Source of the DNA: Bacteroidales bacterium
GTDB lineage: Bacteria > Bacteroidota > Bacteroidia > Bacteroidales > UBA1715
DNA length: 64,000 bases
Direction: 5' to 3'
NCBI GenBank assembly: GCA_045599365.1
Contig: JAZRVS010000183.1
Span: 8,052-72,051, forward strand
Each line of letters begins with the position of its first letter. Positions within the stretch are counted from its first letter, which is position 1. The notes under the pieces were generated by a model. The model was not told where the DNA came from and made no database searches. It saw only the letters and a list, made by a program, of their open reading frames with translations. The translations under genes were made by a program, and so were the position numbers. This document shows, piece by piece, positions 10,155 to 18,824 of this stretch.

Positions 10155-10984
10155 ATAAGAAAGGTCTTTCAATACAACAAGCAGTCTCTAATTTTAAAAA
10201 TTTAATAGAAACATCCGTAAAAACAGGCGGAAGTGCTGCCAAAACAGCCATGATTCGTTCTTCAAAACCTATTATGAATATTCACGATGCTGTAAAATGG
10301 GAATTGATAAAAATGGGTATAAAAGAAGATTTAATTTATCCACATTTATTTGAAAGTAAACCAGAATTAAGGTTCGCAGGGTCATTGAAACAAAAAGATC
10401 AAGATATATGTGTCGTCCCAAATGATAGAAAACCTAAGAAAGAAATTTTAAAAGAAGGTTTGTTGCAAGGTGTGGAAGATGAATATGGGAAATTTTTTAC
10501 CCAGGAAACATTGACAATAAACGTTAGAAGTCAAACAAGTAGTCTTCAGAAAAACTTTGATACATTATATGAAAGGACTATCTCAGAAGCACAAAACTTA
10601 CATGATAGATGTCCACAAATGGTATTAGGAGAGGTATATATGGTTGCAATTCCAGAATATGACGATTCTATGTTTAAAAAAAAGAAATGCGTTTTTAAAG
10701 AAAACAAAGTAGGACTCGCCGAAAAATATATAAAATCATTTCATGCAATATCAAATAGAAAATCTATCAATAAAAATTTTTACCAATATGAAGCAACCTG
10801 TCTGCTTATCGTTGATTTTTCCCAAAAATCTCCGAAGATATACAATTCTACAAAAGAATTAATATCGGCAGGATTATTACCTAAAAACACAAAAGTCAAA
10901 TATGAGGGATTAGATTGGTCCTCTTTCACAAAAAGAATTTTAGATGCTTATAACCATAGATTTGGTTTAGATAAATTAAGATGA
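10151..10984 (+). CDS. Putative type II restriction endonuclease (assigned by context only)
   Basis: A 277-aa ORF translationally coupled to the C-protein and convergent with an N6-adenine methyltransferase. I could not find a clean PD-(D/E)xK motif by eye. Confidence 0.45.
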   Translation: MNKKGLSIQQAVSNFKNLIETSVKTGGSAAKTAMIRSSKPIMNIHDAVKWELIKMGIKEDLIYPHLFESKPELRFAGSLKQKDQDICVVPNDRKPKKEILKEGLLQGVEDEYGKFFTQETLTINVRSQTSSLQKNFDTLYERTISEAQNLHDRCPQMVLGEVYMVAIPEYDDSMFKKKKCVFKENKVGLAEKYIKSFHAISNRKSINKNFYQYEATCLLIVDFSQKSPKIYNSTKELISAGLLPKNTKVKYEGLDWSSFTKRILDAYNHRFGLDKLR

Positions 10985-12816
10985 TATTTTGCTTCTAAAA
11001 AAGCATCAATTTCTTTTTTGTCACTTATTTGATTTAATTTGAGTAATTCTTCGTTTGTGAAGTTTGGTATTGAAAATTTTTCAATAAAATTTTTTTGATA
11101 ACAAGGATATCCGCCTTCAATCATAACGCTGGTTTTTGTAATGTAATAATCCATAATAGAAGAATTGAGAATTTTTATTACAGCATCTATATTATCTTCT
11201 TTGGATATTGGATTTTGAATGTCAAATAAAGACATTGATTGATTTTTTTTGAAAAAAATTCCATATCCATTGGTAAAAAATGCTATTTCTTCTTCGGTTT
11301 TTAAGAATCTTGGCGACAGGCTAAATGTGGGATTTAGAATCTTTTTTCCAAAGCGATTTAATCCTTGCGTTCTTCCCCATACATAAAAAGGAGTGTATTT
11401 TACCTTTCCTTTGTCTCTTGATAGTAAGGAATCTTTCTCAGACAACAAGTATTCATAACATCTTGGGTATAATTTTTTAAATCTATTTTCATCTATAACT
11501 TTAGCAGAGTAGTTTGTAAACTGATATGGACAAATAATACGTCTTGTGTTTAATTCCAATTCTTTTTGTGTTTTAAAATCTGATATTTTGTACACAGGCC
11601 TTGTAATTTCTTTTTCTATTCTGAAAGTTCCTTTAACAGTAGTTTTGATGTAATAATTATCTTGTTCTTTCAAACCATCTACAAAAAAAACATCGTCTTT
11701 TAATGTTGCAATTCCAGCACATATGTCGAATAATTGACCTATAGGTGTTCCAATAGATTCTATATTTTTTATATTTTCTTGTTCATCTGATTTTAAGAGT
11801 CTCCATTTTTTCAAATTCAAATTAGAATAAAAATTCTTGGAAAAATTAATCCTACCTAAGAAAGATTCAGGATCTAATTCATTCTGAATTCTATCGTAAT
11901 ATAAAAAATCATTCTTTTTCTTGTTCATAAAAGTTAATGCTGTATAGGTTTGGACATCAAAAACTTTTTTACTACAAAAATCAATAATTTTACTTACGCA
12001 CTTTTCATTTTGAAAATATTTCCGAAGAGATTCTCCTGCCAAAGATGTAAAGTAATTATTAGGCGTAATATATCCTAACGCCCCCCCATTATTCAAAATT
12101 TTGTATCCTAATTCAAAAAATGCAAAATATAAATTGAATGTCCCTTTTTCAATGGATTTGTAGTTGTTTAAAAGGTAATCCCGATTATCATCGGACAAAT
12201 CTTGAAATTTAACATAAGGAGGATTTCCCATTACATTATCATATTTTTCTGTCCAATTATATCTAATACTATCTCTTGTAAATAAGTTAAAATCATCTTC
12301 ACATATTTTTTCTCCATTTTGCAATGCGTAGATTGAAATTAACAATTTTGCACGTCGTATATTATATTCCAATATATCCGTTCCGAAAATATTTTCTCGT
12401 ATAATATCTTTAATTTTTTTGTTATACGTTTTCTGATAATATCGAATAAGTCCCAACAAAAAAGCACCGCAACCACAACTAGGATCTATGTTTTTATCTT
12501 TTTCTTTTGGAGATAATTCGTTTATAATAAAATTAACTATATATGGAGGAGTGAAAAAAGCTCCGTTTGTTTTTCTATCATCTTGAGGTATCAATAATTC
12601 CAAACAATTTTCTAAATCATTAATAGTAGAACAATCAACAGATTTTATTTCCTCATATAATCTATTGTTCGTATTATAACTTTCAAAATATTCCTCTAGT
12701 ATAGTAGAGTCCTTGTATGTAAGGTTTTGGTTATTTAAAAAACATAAAAATAATATTTTTTCTATATCATCATGTTTATATTTTGAGACAATTGAATTAT
12801 ATAATGCTGTATTCAT
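10948..12816 (-). CDS. N6-adenine DNA methyltransferase, gamma class (Eco57I/TaqI-like) with a C-terminal target-recognition region
   Basis: GAFFTPPYIV, then motif I DPSCGCGAFLL, then motif IV GNPPYVKF, then a long C-terminal TRD. 622 aa. Confidence 0.85.
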   Translation of the reverse strand: MNTALYNSIVSKYKHDDIEKILFLCFLNNQNLTYKDSTILEEYFESYNTNNRLYEEIKSVDCSTINDLENCLELLIPQDDRKTNGAFFTPPYIVNFIINELSPKEKDKNIDPSCGCGAFLLGLIRYYQKTYNKKIKDIIRENIFGTDILEYNIRRAKLLISIYALQNGEKICEDDFNLFTRDSIRYNWTEKYDNVMGNPPYVKFQDLSDDNRDYLLNNYKSIEKGTFNLYFAFFELGYKILNNGGALGYITPNNYFTSLAGESLRKYFQNEKCVSKIIDFCSKKVFDVQTYTALTFMNKKKNDFLYYDRIQNELDPESFLGRINFSKNFYSNLNLKKWRLLKSDEQENIKNIESIGTPIGQLFDICAGIATLKDDVFFVDGLKEQDNYYIKTTVKGTFRIEKEITRPVYKISDFKTQKELELNTRRIICPYQFTNYSAKVIDENRFKKLYPRCYEYLLSEKDSLLSRDKGKVKYTPFYVWGRTQGLNRFGKKILNPTFSLSPRFLKTEEEIAFFTNGYGIFFKKNQSMSLFDIQNPISKEDNIDAVIKILNSSIMDYYITKTSVMIEGGYPCYQKNFIEKFSIPNFTNEELLKLNQISDKKEIDAFLEAKYHLNLSKPNLWL

Positions 12817-12818
12817 AA

Positions 12819-13115
12819 TTATTTCAATTTACTATATTCGACAACTGCTTCATGAGCAATGTTTAGTATTTCATTGGCATTATCTTCCTCTGCAACAATA
12901 GAATATACTTTTTCTGCCAACCAAAGGTTTATCAATTGAATTTCGTCCACTTCCAAGAGGATAGCAATCTTCTCTACTTGTTCTCTCTTTAATGGACGTT
13001 CTCCCCGCTCTATACGACTATACATTGGTGTATCTATGTCTAATAGTGCGGCTAACTTTTTCTGTGGAATTTTTTTATTTTCTCTTAGCGCTTTTATTGT
13101 CTCATAGAAATTCAT
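12819..13115 (-). CDS. XRE-family HTH regulator encoded immediately upstream of the methyltransferase
   Basis: Starting at 13115 gives MNFYETIKALRENKKIPQKKLAALLDIDTPMYSRIERGERPL (HTH_3-like). Its stop lies 2 nt before the MTase start. Confidence 0.7.
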   Translation of the reverse strand: MNFYETIKALRENKKIPQKKLAALLDIDTPMYSRIERGERPLKREQVEKIAILLEVDEIQLINLWLAEKVYSIVAEEDNANEILNIAHEAVVEYSKLK

Positions 13116-13117
13116 AG

Positions 13118-13154
13118 TTGTCAAAATTTGATTTGTCAGATTTTGACAAAAATA
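13118..13154 (-). promoter_or_regulatory. Putative autoregulatory operator overlapping the -7 box of the HTH-MTase operon
   Basis: TTTGTCA-GATTT-TGACAAA palindrome at 13132..13150, plus an extra TTGTCAAAAT half-site at 13118..13127. The minus-strand TATTTTTG -7 box at 13147..13154 overlaps the palindrome. The whole set lies 3-40 nt upstream of the HTH ATG. Confidence 0.45.
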
Positions 13155-13395
13155 CAATTATTTATGAATAAATCAAAAATTTTAAATAATTTCAAGGACT
13201 TTGCAACTCCAAATATAAAGCAACAATTGTTAGTTGGAATCTCCCGACAGGCATTTTCTGGTTGCGTTCACTCTTCTAAACAAATCAGATATTTACGAAA
13301 ATATAGAAGACGTACCTTCTACAAATTAAATACCTATATATGATAGGAGACTTGACTCCCACAGATAAAAGAAAACTCCTCTAAAGAAACTTATC

Positions 13396-13617
13396 CTAAC
13401 TTTCCAAGCCATTCATCAACTCATACAAATACGCAGGACTTTGCACATACAATTCAGCTTCTTCGTCTTGCAACATTGTCATTATGGGAGAGTTATAAAC
13501 ACGCTCCATAGCTTGCTCTGCACTACAATTTGTATCTTCCATCACATACTTTACCAACTCACTTATGACATAGTTTGTTAGATACGTTGCTATTTGATGA
13601 TGATTTGGCTGACTCAT
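13396..13617 (-). CDS. Small acidic helical protein (DUF3791-like), third gene of the coupled trio
   Basis: 73 aa. Its start overlaps the stop of the 162-aa ORF (4-nt overlap at 13614..13617). Confidence 0.55.
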   Translation of the reverse strand: MSQPNHHQIATYLTNYVISELVKYVMEDTNCSAEQAMERVYNSPIMTMLQDEEAELYVQSPAYLYELMNGLES

Positions 13618-14102
13618 AATATTTCAACAGCAATTTTTGTTAACGATTGTAATGCCCTTTCGGTACCAAAATAATATTGTTGGTCAAGATATTTATCTTG
13701 CAATAATTGAGATGCTTGTTCTGGTGTATAAATTCCCTCGCGATAATTTGTCAATTGTAATACGACGCCATCATCAGCAATTGGACCGATAACAATATCG
13801 TATTTATGAATAGAAACATTGTCCTTTTGACTACGATTAGAGTCCACAAACAAAAACCATTCTACACTCGCTTTTTTTGGAAAAACTTTAACATTTAAAT
13901 TAGAACATAAAGCTGATTCGTCAAATTCGTAACTGATGAGTGTTGCCGTTCCACCAAAAAGACGAGTCTTCTTGTTTGCCATACGAATTGCCGTATTCCT
14001 ATCTGATGTCAAATAAAAGCCAGCCCCAAAATCTTTGTGTTTCAAGCCTTTATTCAAATCTATTGTTTCAATATCAGTATTTGTACCATGATATAGTTTC
14101 AT
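13614..14102 (-). CDS. DUF3990-like protein of unknown function, possibly with an ADP-ribosyltransferase-like fold
   Basis: 162 aa. The N-terminus MKLYHGTNTDIETIDL...DFGAGFYLTSDRNTAIRMA is the signature I associate with DUF3990. It has 4-nt overlaps with both neighbours. Confidence 0.6.
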   Translation of the reverse strand: MKLYHGTNTDIETIDLNKGLKHKDFGAGFYLTSDRNTAIRMANKKTRLFGGTATLISYEFDESALCSNLNVKVFPKKASVEWFLFVDSNRSQKDNVSIHKYDIVIGPIADDGVVLQLTNYREGIYTPEQASQLLQDKYLDQQYYFGTERALQSLTKIAVEIL

Positions 14103-14314
14103 GCAAGCGTACCTCCATTTTTTTTACAAATAACAAGCAAATCGTCTATAGTTTCGTCCATTGATTGTAGATGTTCCACATCATAAAATTCAATTAAAAA
14201 TGCCAATCCCTTATGCTCTTTCAAATAACGATACGCAGACTGTCTCGACATATCATATCGTTGTCCAAATGCATATATGCAAGCCGTAAAATATGGTATT
14301 TCAAACTTACTCAT
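14099..14314 (-). CDS. Small DUF3791-like protein, first gene of the coupled trio
   Basis: 71 aa (MSKFEIPYFTACIYAFGQRYDMSRQSAYRYLKEHKGLAFLIEFYDVEH...). Its stop overlaps the start of the 162-aa ORF. Confidence 0.55.
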   Translation of the reverse strand: MSKFEIPYFTACIYAFGQRYDMSRQSAYRYLKEHKGLAFLIEFYDVEHLQSMDETIDDLLVICKKNGGTLA

Positions 14315-14383
14315 TTCTATATTGTTTCAATACCCCAAACATCTATTGCGAAAATAAACACAATTTTTGAATACAGTATAAAA

Positions 14384-15538
14384 TCACAATAAAGATTTTG
14401 CGTATTTCATTGATTCTTCGTGCGTTGCAACGTAATCTTCAAGTGTTGGTTCTGCTATGAACGAAATTGTTTGCATTGTTTTTTCAATCAAATCCGACAT
14501 ACCGAAGAAGGAAATTTTGTCCTGCAAAAATGCTGCAACAGCAACTTCATTCGCCGCATTCATAATACAAGGCATATTTCCGCCAGTTTCGATTGCCGAA
14601 AGTGCAATATTTAAATTTCTAAATAATGTACGGTTCGGTTGTTCAAATGTCAAGTCCTTGTATTCAAACAAATTAACACGTGGGAAATCTGCTTTAAGGC
14701 GGTCTGGATAACTAAATGCGTATTGAATTGGAATTCGCATATCTGGCATTCCAAGCTGTGCTTTGATAGAACCATCTTCGAACTGAACAGCCGAGTGAAC
14801 GATTGATTGCGGATGCACCAAAACCTCAATATCTTTTGGTGCAACATTGAACAACCATTTGGCCTCAATCACTTCCAAACCTTTGTTCATAAGCGATGCC
14901 GAATCTATTGTAACTTTTGCGCCCATGCTCCAGTTTGGATGCTTCAAAGCCTGCGCTTTTGTTACCGTTGCTAATTGTTCTTTGGTAAAACCACGGAATG
15001 GTCCGCCAGAAGCAGTCAATAATATTTTTTCGGGTTTGTTGCCACACTGTAATTCTCCGTGTAAGCATTGAAAAATTGCCGAATGTTCTGAGTCAACGGG
15101 AACGATGCCTGATTTTGGATGCTCTTTCAAAAGTTTGTTTACCAATTGTCCTGCAACGACAAGAACTTCTTTGTTTGCCAATGCAATAATTTTGTCGTGT
15201 TCAATAGCATTGATTACAGGCGCAAGACCAGCATAGCCGACTAAAGCCCCCAAAACCATATCAACCGACTCCATTTCAACCACATCGTTCAACGATTCGT
15301 TACCAGTGAACACTTTTATCATGTATTTTTCCAAAGCCTTCGACACATATTCGTACTTGTCGGGATTGGAAATGACAACCACATTTGGATTGAATTTGAT
15401 AGCTTGTTCAATCAATAAATCTGCATTGTTGTGCGCAGTTAAAACTTCAACGGAAAATTCATTTGGATGACGTGAAATCACATCTAACGCTTGTGTTCCA
15501 ATGGAACCCGTTGAACCTAAAAGAGCTATTCGTTTCAT
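14384..15538 (-). CDS. dxr: 1-deoxy-D-xylulose 5-phosphate reductoisomerase
   Basis: MKRIALLGSTGSIGTQALDV NADPH-binding motif, LANKE, VDSEHSA(I)FQC and HPNWSMG motifs. The probable start is at 15538. Confidence 0.95.
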   Translation of the reverse strand: MKRIALLGSTGSIGTQALDVISRHPNEFSVEVLTAHNNADLLIEQAIKFNPNVVVISNPDKYEYVSKALEKYMIKVFTGNESLNDVVEMESVDMVLGALVGYAGLAPVINAIEHDKIIALANKEVLVVAGQLVNKLLKEHPKSGIVPVDSEHSAIFQCLHGELQCGNKPEKILLTASGGPFRGFTKEQLATVTKAQALKHPNWSMGAKVTIDSASLMNKGLEVIEAKWLFNVAPKDIEVLVHPQSIVHSAVQFEDGSIKAQLGMPDMRIPIQYAFSYPDRLKADFPRVNLFEYKDLTFEQPNRTLFRNLNIALSAIETGGNMPCIMNAANEVAVAAFLQDKISFFGMSDLIEKTMQTISFIAEPTLEDYVATHEESMKYAKSLL

Positions 15539-15573
15539 AATGTTCTTTGATAAATCACGCAAAGATAATCATT

Positions 15574-16185
15574 TTACGGAATAGGTTCTGCAACTCTCAT
15601 TTCTTCTAATATTGATGAAGCCAAACAATCAGAAGCTTGCATTATTGAACAAAGCGGACACATATTTTTTGCGCAAGAATAATTATTCTGGATATCAGAA
15701 CTTTGCATTGGCAAATCCCATGCCGACATGTGCCAACGAATTGCCATAATTTCGTCATTTGTCATCTCAAGACCAATCCGTAACAACATAATAACAGATT
15801 TCTCACCATGCCCTAACGGAAATTTTGAATAATCAACTGTATAACCAATATATTTCTCCCAATAGCCATTTGCATTCTTACGATTTTTCAATTCTTCCTT
15901 ATAGATATTTGCTTTGCACAAATCGTGTAACAATGTTGCAATTATTACACTTTCCTTTGGCAATTTTTCTGCAATACTTGGTTTCTGACGAATCATCATT
16001 TCCCTCAATTCCATGCCAATTTTGTAGCAATTGAATGAATGCTCCGCTAAACCACCAGCATAATTACCATGAAAATTTGTTGACGCAGGCGCTGTAAAAA
16101 AATCTGATTTTTCTAAATAAGCAACTACTTCTTCTACTCCTTTTCGATTCGTTGAACGCAACAACGATATTATTTCTTCTTTCAT
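15574..16185 (-). CDS. HD-domain phosphohydrolase-like protein
   Basis: Contains H...HD (ATLLHDLCK) and later H/D residues. 203 aa. Confidence 0.65.
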   Translation of the reverse strand: MKEEIISLLRSTNRKGVEEVVAYLEKSDFFTAPASTNFHGNYAGGLAEHSFNCYKIGMELREMMIRQKPSIAEKLPKESVIIATLLHDLCKANIYKEELKNRKNANGYWEKYIGYTVDYSKFPLGHGEKSVIMLLRIGLEMTNDEIMAIRWHMSAWDLPMQSSDIQNNYSCAKNMCPLCSIMQASDCLASSILEEMRVAEPIP

Positions 16186-16291
16186 ATAATATTTGTGTAC
16201 TTTTTACACAAACAAAAATAAAAAACTTTTTTTACGAATCACATTTTTTTCAAAAAATTACGTTTACAAATGATAATCTACCGACTTTTCA

Positions 16292-16299
16292 TACATTTG
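16292..16299 (+). promoter_or_regulatory. Bacteroidota -7 box (TAnnTTTG)
   Basis: TACATTTG ends 8 nt before the ATG at 16308, implying a very short leader. Confidence 0.35.
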
Positions 16300-16307
16300 C
16301 CATTCGG

Positions 16308-18824
16308 ATGGGAAAATTACTAAAAATCGTCGGAATTGTGCTTGCTACAATTGTATGTATAGTTGTAGTTGCGGCTTTTACTATTCCTCATTTTTACAAG
16401 GACGAAATACTTCAAATTGTAACCGAAAAAGTGGGAAAACAAATCAAAGCAGACATTTCCTTAAAATCTGTTGATTTAACCCTCTGGGGAAATATTCCGA
16501 ATATTTCTATACAAATGCACGATGTATATGCAAAATCAACCCAAACATTTAACAAAAAAGAATTTCCTAAGGAATCAACCGACACTGCATTGTACGCAAA
16601 ACGGATATTACTCTCGTTCAATATTTTAGACTTCTTTTTTGAAAATTACGTAGTAAAAGAAATTGTTGTCCGCGATGCAATTGTAAATTTTTATTTAGAT
16701 TCACAATCTCACCACAATTGGAATTTTTCAATTGAGTCCGATAGCAGCGAGAATAGTCTATTTTTGGAACTTTCAAAAATACGATTCCAAAATACCCTTG
16801 CCAACTACAACGATGTGAACAACAAAATTGTAGCTTCAGAATGGTTTGATAAAATAAATTGTTCTGGACAATTCCACGGTGATGAATTCTTTATTGATGT
16901 ATATGCCGCATTTACAAATAAAAACTTTAAATACGATAACAAAACTTTCTTCTCCAAATCTTCGTTCAAATGTGATTTAGGACTCTCTCGAGACAGTTCA
17001 ACTTACACGTTAAAAAATTTCAAATTTGAAACTCCTGTTGGATTGGTTATTTCTGATGGAACCATCAAATTATTAAAAAATAACGATATAAATCTCAATC
17101 TTAATCTCAACGTAGAAACCGCATTTAAAAAGATTCTTGATGTACTTCCGCAAAAAACAGTTGAATCACTTGCACCATACAAAATAGAAACCGACATTTT
17201 CGTAGAAGGTATTGTTAATGGCACTATTTCAAAGAATTCAATGCCTAAAATTACATGTAATCTTGCTTGCACAAAAGGAAGTGTTATTTTTGAAAAAACA
17301 AAATATTCTTTCAATACCAAAGGGAATATTACTGCCAAAGACTTCTCAAAACTTGAAACTTTTGCATTTACTTCAACCGCGACAACAATATCAACAGAAA
17401 AATCAAAAATTGAACCGACAAACTTTACTCTTACCAATTTTTTAGATCCAAAACTTTCAATTGCTGGAGATGTCCAAATTACTCTCGAAGATATTGATTT
17501 GCTTGAAAATATTGAAGAATACCGCCTTTCTGGAAATGTTGTAGGTTCTGTTTCTTGCGAAGGATTAATTGACAATCTTACCAACTTTACAAACGATTAT
17601 TTTACGCGCAACAACATTGTCGCAGATGTCAATTGCAACAATCTTTCAATTGTCGCTCCAGAAAATTCACCGTACGATTTTCAAAATGTATGTGGTAATA
17701 TCCACTTTTCTAATGGCGATATTAAGATTGACAGCACTTCAGGAATCCTTCATAATCAAAAGTTTACACTACAGGGTAAAGCATCTAACTTCGTCCAATA
17801 TCTTGCATTTGACCACGTTGACACACATTGTAACTTCAATTGTACCATAGAAAGTCTAAATGCTACTCCATTCTACGAACACTATCTAACACTTGCTTCA
17901 TCACCAACAAGTGGCTCTTTTTTAGGTAGTATTCGCTTTGAAACAAAAAAATTGGATTTCGACCCTTATTTTCTTATGAATGCCGCCACAATAGTTCGAT
18001 TTACAGAGAACGCAATTGAACTATCTGAAATAAATGCAACTACACTACAAGGGAAACTGATTGCAGGGAACTTCAAAATCGTTGACTTACCCAACAAACA
18101 AAAAAAATGCATTGCCTCTGGGAACATTGAAAAGATGTCAGCAAAAGATATTTTTTCTACTTTTAACAACTTTGACCAAACTGTTATAACAGACAAACAA
18201 ATTGATGGCTTATTGTCTGGGAAATTTATGTTTACTTCAAATATGGATTCCGATTACAACCCTATCTACTCCACAACCGATGCAACTGCCGACATTGTAA
18301 TTGAAGATGGAACAGTTAGAAATGTTGAAACACTACAAGAAATTGGGAAAAAAATGAAAATGGAGGAAGAATTTACAAATGTTTCATTCTCCACTCTAAA
18401 AAATACCATACGCATAAAAAATGACACACTATATATTCCTAATATGAAAGTCATTTCAAATGCCTTCGAAATGACTTTTGCGGGGAAACACAACATTGAA
18501 AATAATAATTTTGATTACTACGTGATGCTCTTCTTGAAAAAAACATTGTCGCTTAAATTTAATAACAAGAATAAAGACTTTGAAGACTTCGGAGAGATAG
18601 AAAAAAATACCGATGGCAACTTTAAAGTCCCTATCAAAATCTACGGAAATCCAGATCAATACGAGATTGTTTATGATTTGAAGAAGTCTAAAGAAAACGT
18701 AAAACAAAGTCTTGATAATCAAAAATCCGAATGGAAAGAAATTTTAAACAAATCGGAAGATTCAACTTCTAAAAAAGAAGTAGAAAAGCCTATAGAATCC
18801 AACTTTGAAATTGAATGGGATTGA
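16308..18824 (+). CDS. AsmA-family outer-membrane biogenesis protein
   Basis: Starting at 16308 gives MGKLLKIVGIVLATIVCIVVVAAFTIPHFYKDEI, an N-terminal TM anchor. This is followed by a long beta-rich region and an AsmA-like C-terminal segment. The upstream 52 codons of the tracked ORF overlap the divergent HD gene. Confidence 0.7.
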   Translation: MGKLLKIVGIVLATIVCIVVVAAFTIPHFYKDEILQIVTEKVGKQIKADISLKSVDLTLWGNIPNISIQMHDVYAKSTQTFNKKEFPKESTDTALYAKRILLSFNILDFFFENYVVKEIVVRDAIVNFYLDSQSHHNWNFSIESDSSENSLFLELSKIRFQNTLANYNDVNNKIVASEWFDKINCSGQFHGDEFFIDVYAAFTNKNFKYDNKTFFSKSSFKCDLGLSRDSSTYTLKNFKFETPVGLVISDGTIKLLKNNDINLNLNLNVETAFKKILDVLPQKTVESLAPYKIETDIFVEGIVNGTISKNSMPKITCNLACTKGSVIFEKTKYSFNTKGNITAKDFSKLETFAFTSTATTISTEKSKIEPTNFTLTNFLDPKLSIAGDVQITLEDIDLLENIEEYRLSGNVVGSVSCEGLIDNLTNFTNDYFTRNNIVADVNCNNLSIVAPENSPYDFQNVCGNIHFSNGDIKIDSTSGILHNQKFTLQGKASNFVQYLAFDHVDTHCNFNCTIESLNATPFYEHYLTLASSPTSGSFLGSIRFETKKLDFDPYFLMNAATIVRFTENAIELSEINATTLQGKLIAGNFKIVDLPNKQKKCIASGNIEKMSAKDIFSTFNNFDQTVITDKQIDGLLSGKFMFTSNMDSDYNPIYSTTDATADIVIEDGTVRNVETLQEIGKKMKMEEEFTNVSFSTLKNTIRIKNDTLYIPNMKVISNAFEMTFAGKHNIENNNFDYYVMLFLKKTLSLKFNNKNKDFEDFGEIEKNTDGNFKVPIKIYGNPDQYEIVYDLKKSKENVKQSLDNQKSEWKEILNKSEDSTSKKEVEKPIESNFEIEWD

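Noticed and set aside
13128-13343. 71-aa plus-strand ORF in the HTH/DUF3791 intergenic region
   Set aside because: It starts inside the operator and promoter of the divergent HTH gene, has low-complexity basic composition, and has no promoter box of its own.
9654-14383. Integrative element or prophage interpretation of the island
   Set aside because: No integrase, transposase, excisionase, phage structural genes or obvious flanking direct repeats could be found by eye. I therefore describe it only as an accessory or defence island.
16152-16307. 52-codon N-terminal extension of the AsmA-like ORF
   Set aside because: It overlaps the divergent HD-domain gene and contains the TACATTTG promoter box. 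The ATG at 16308 yields a proper TM anchor. Similar 5' trimming was applied at 4812, 7250, 9593, 9942, 13115, 15538, 24824, 25972, 30314, 33843, 38524 and 42583.
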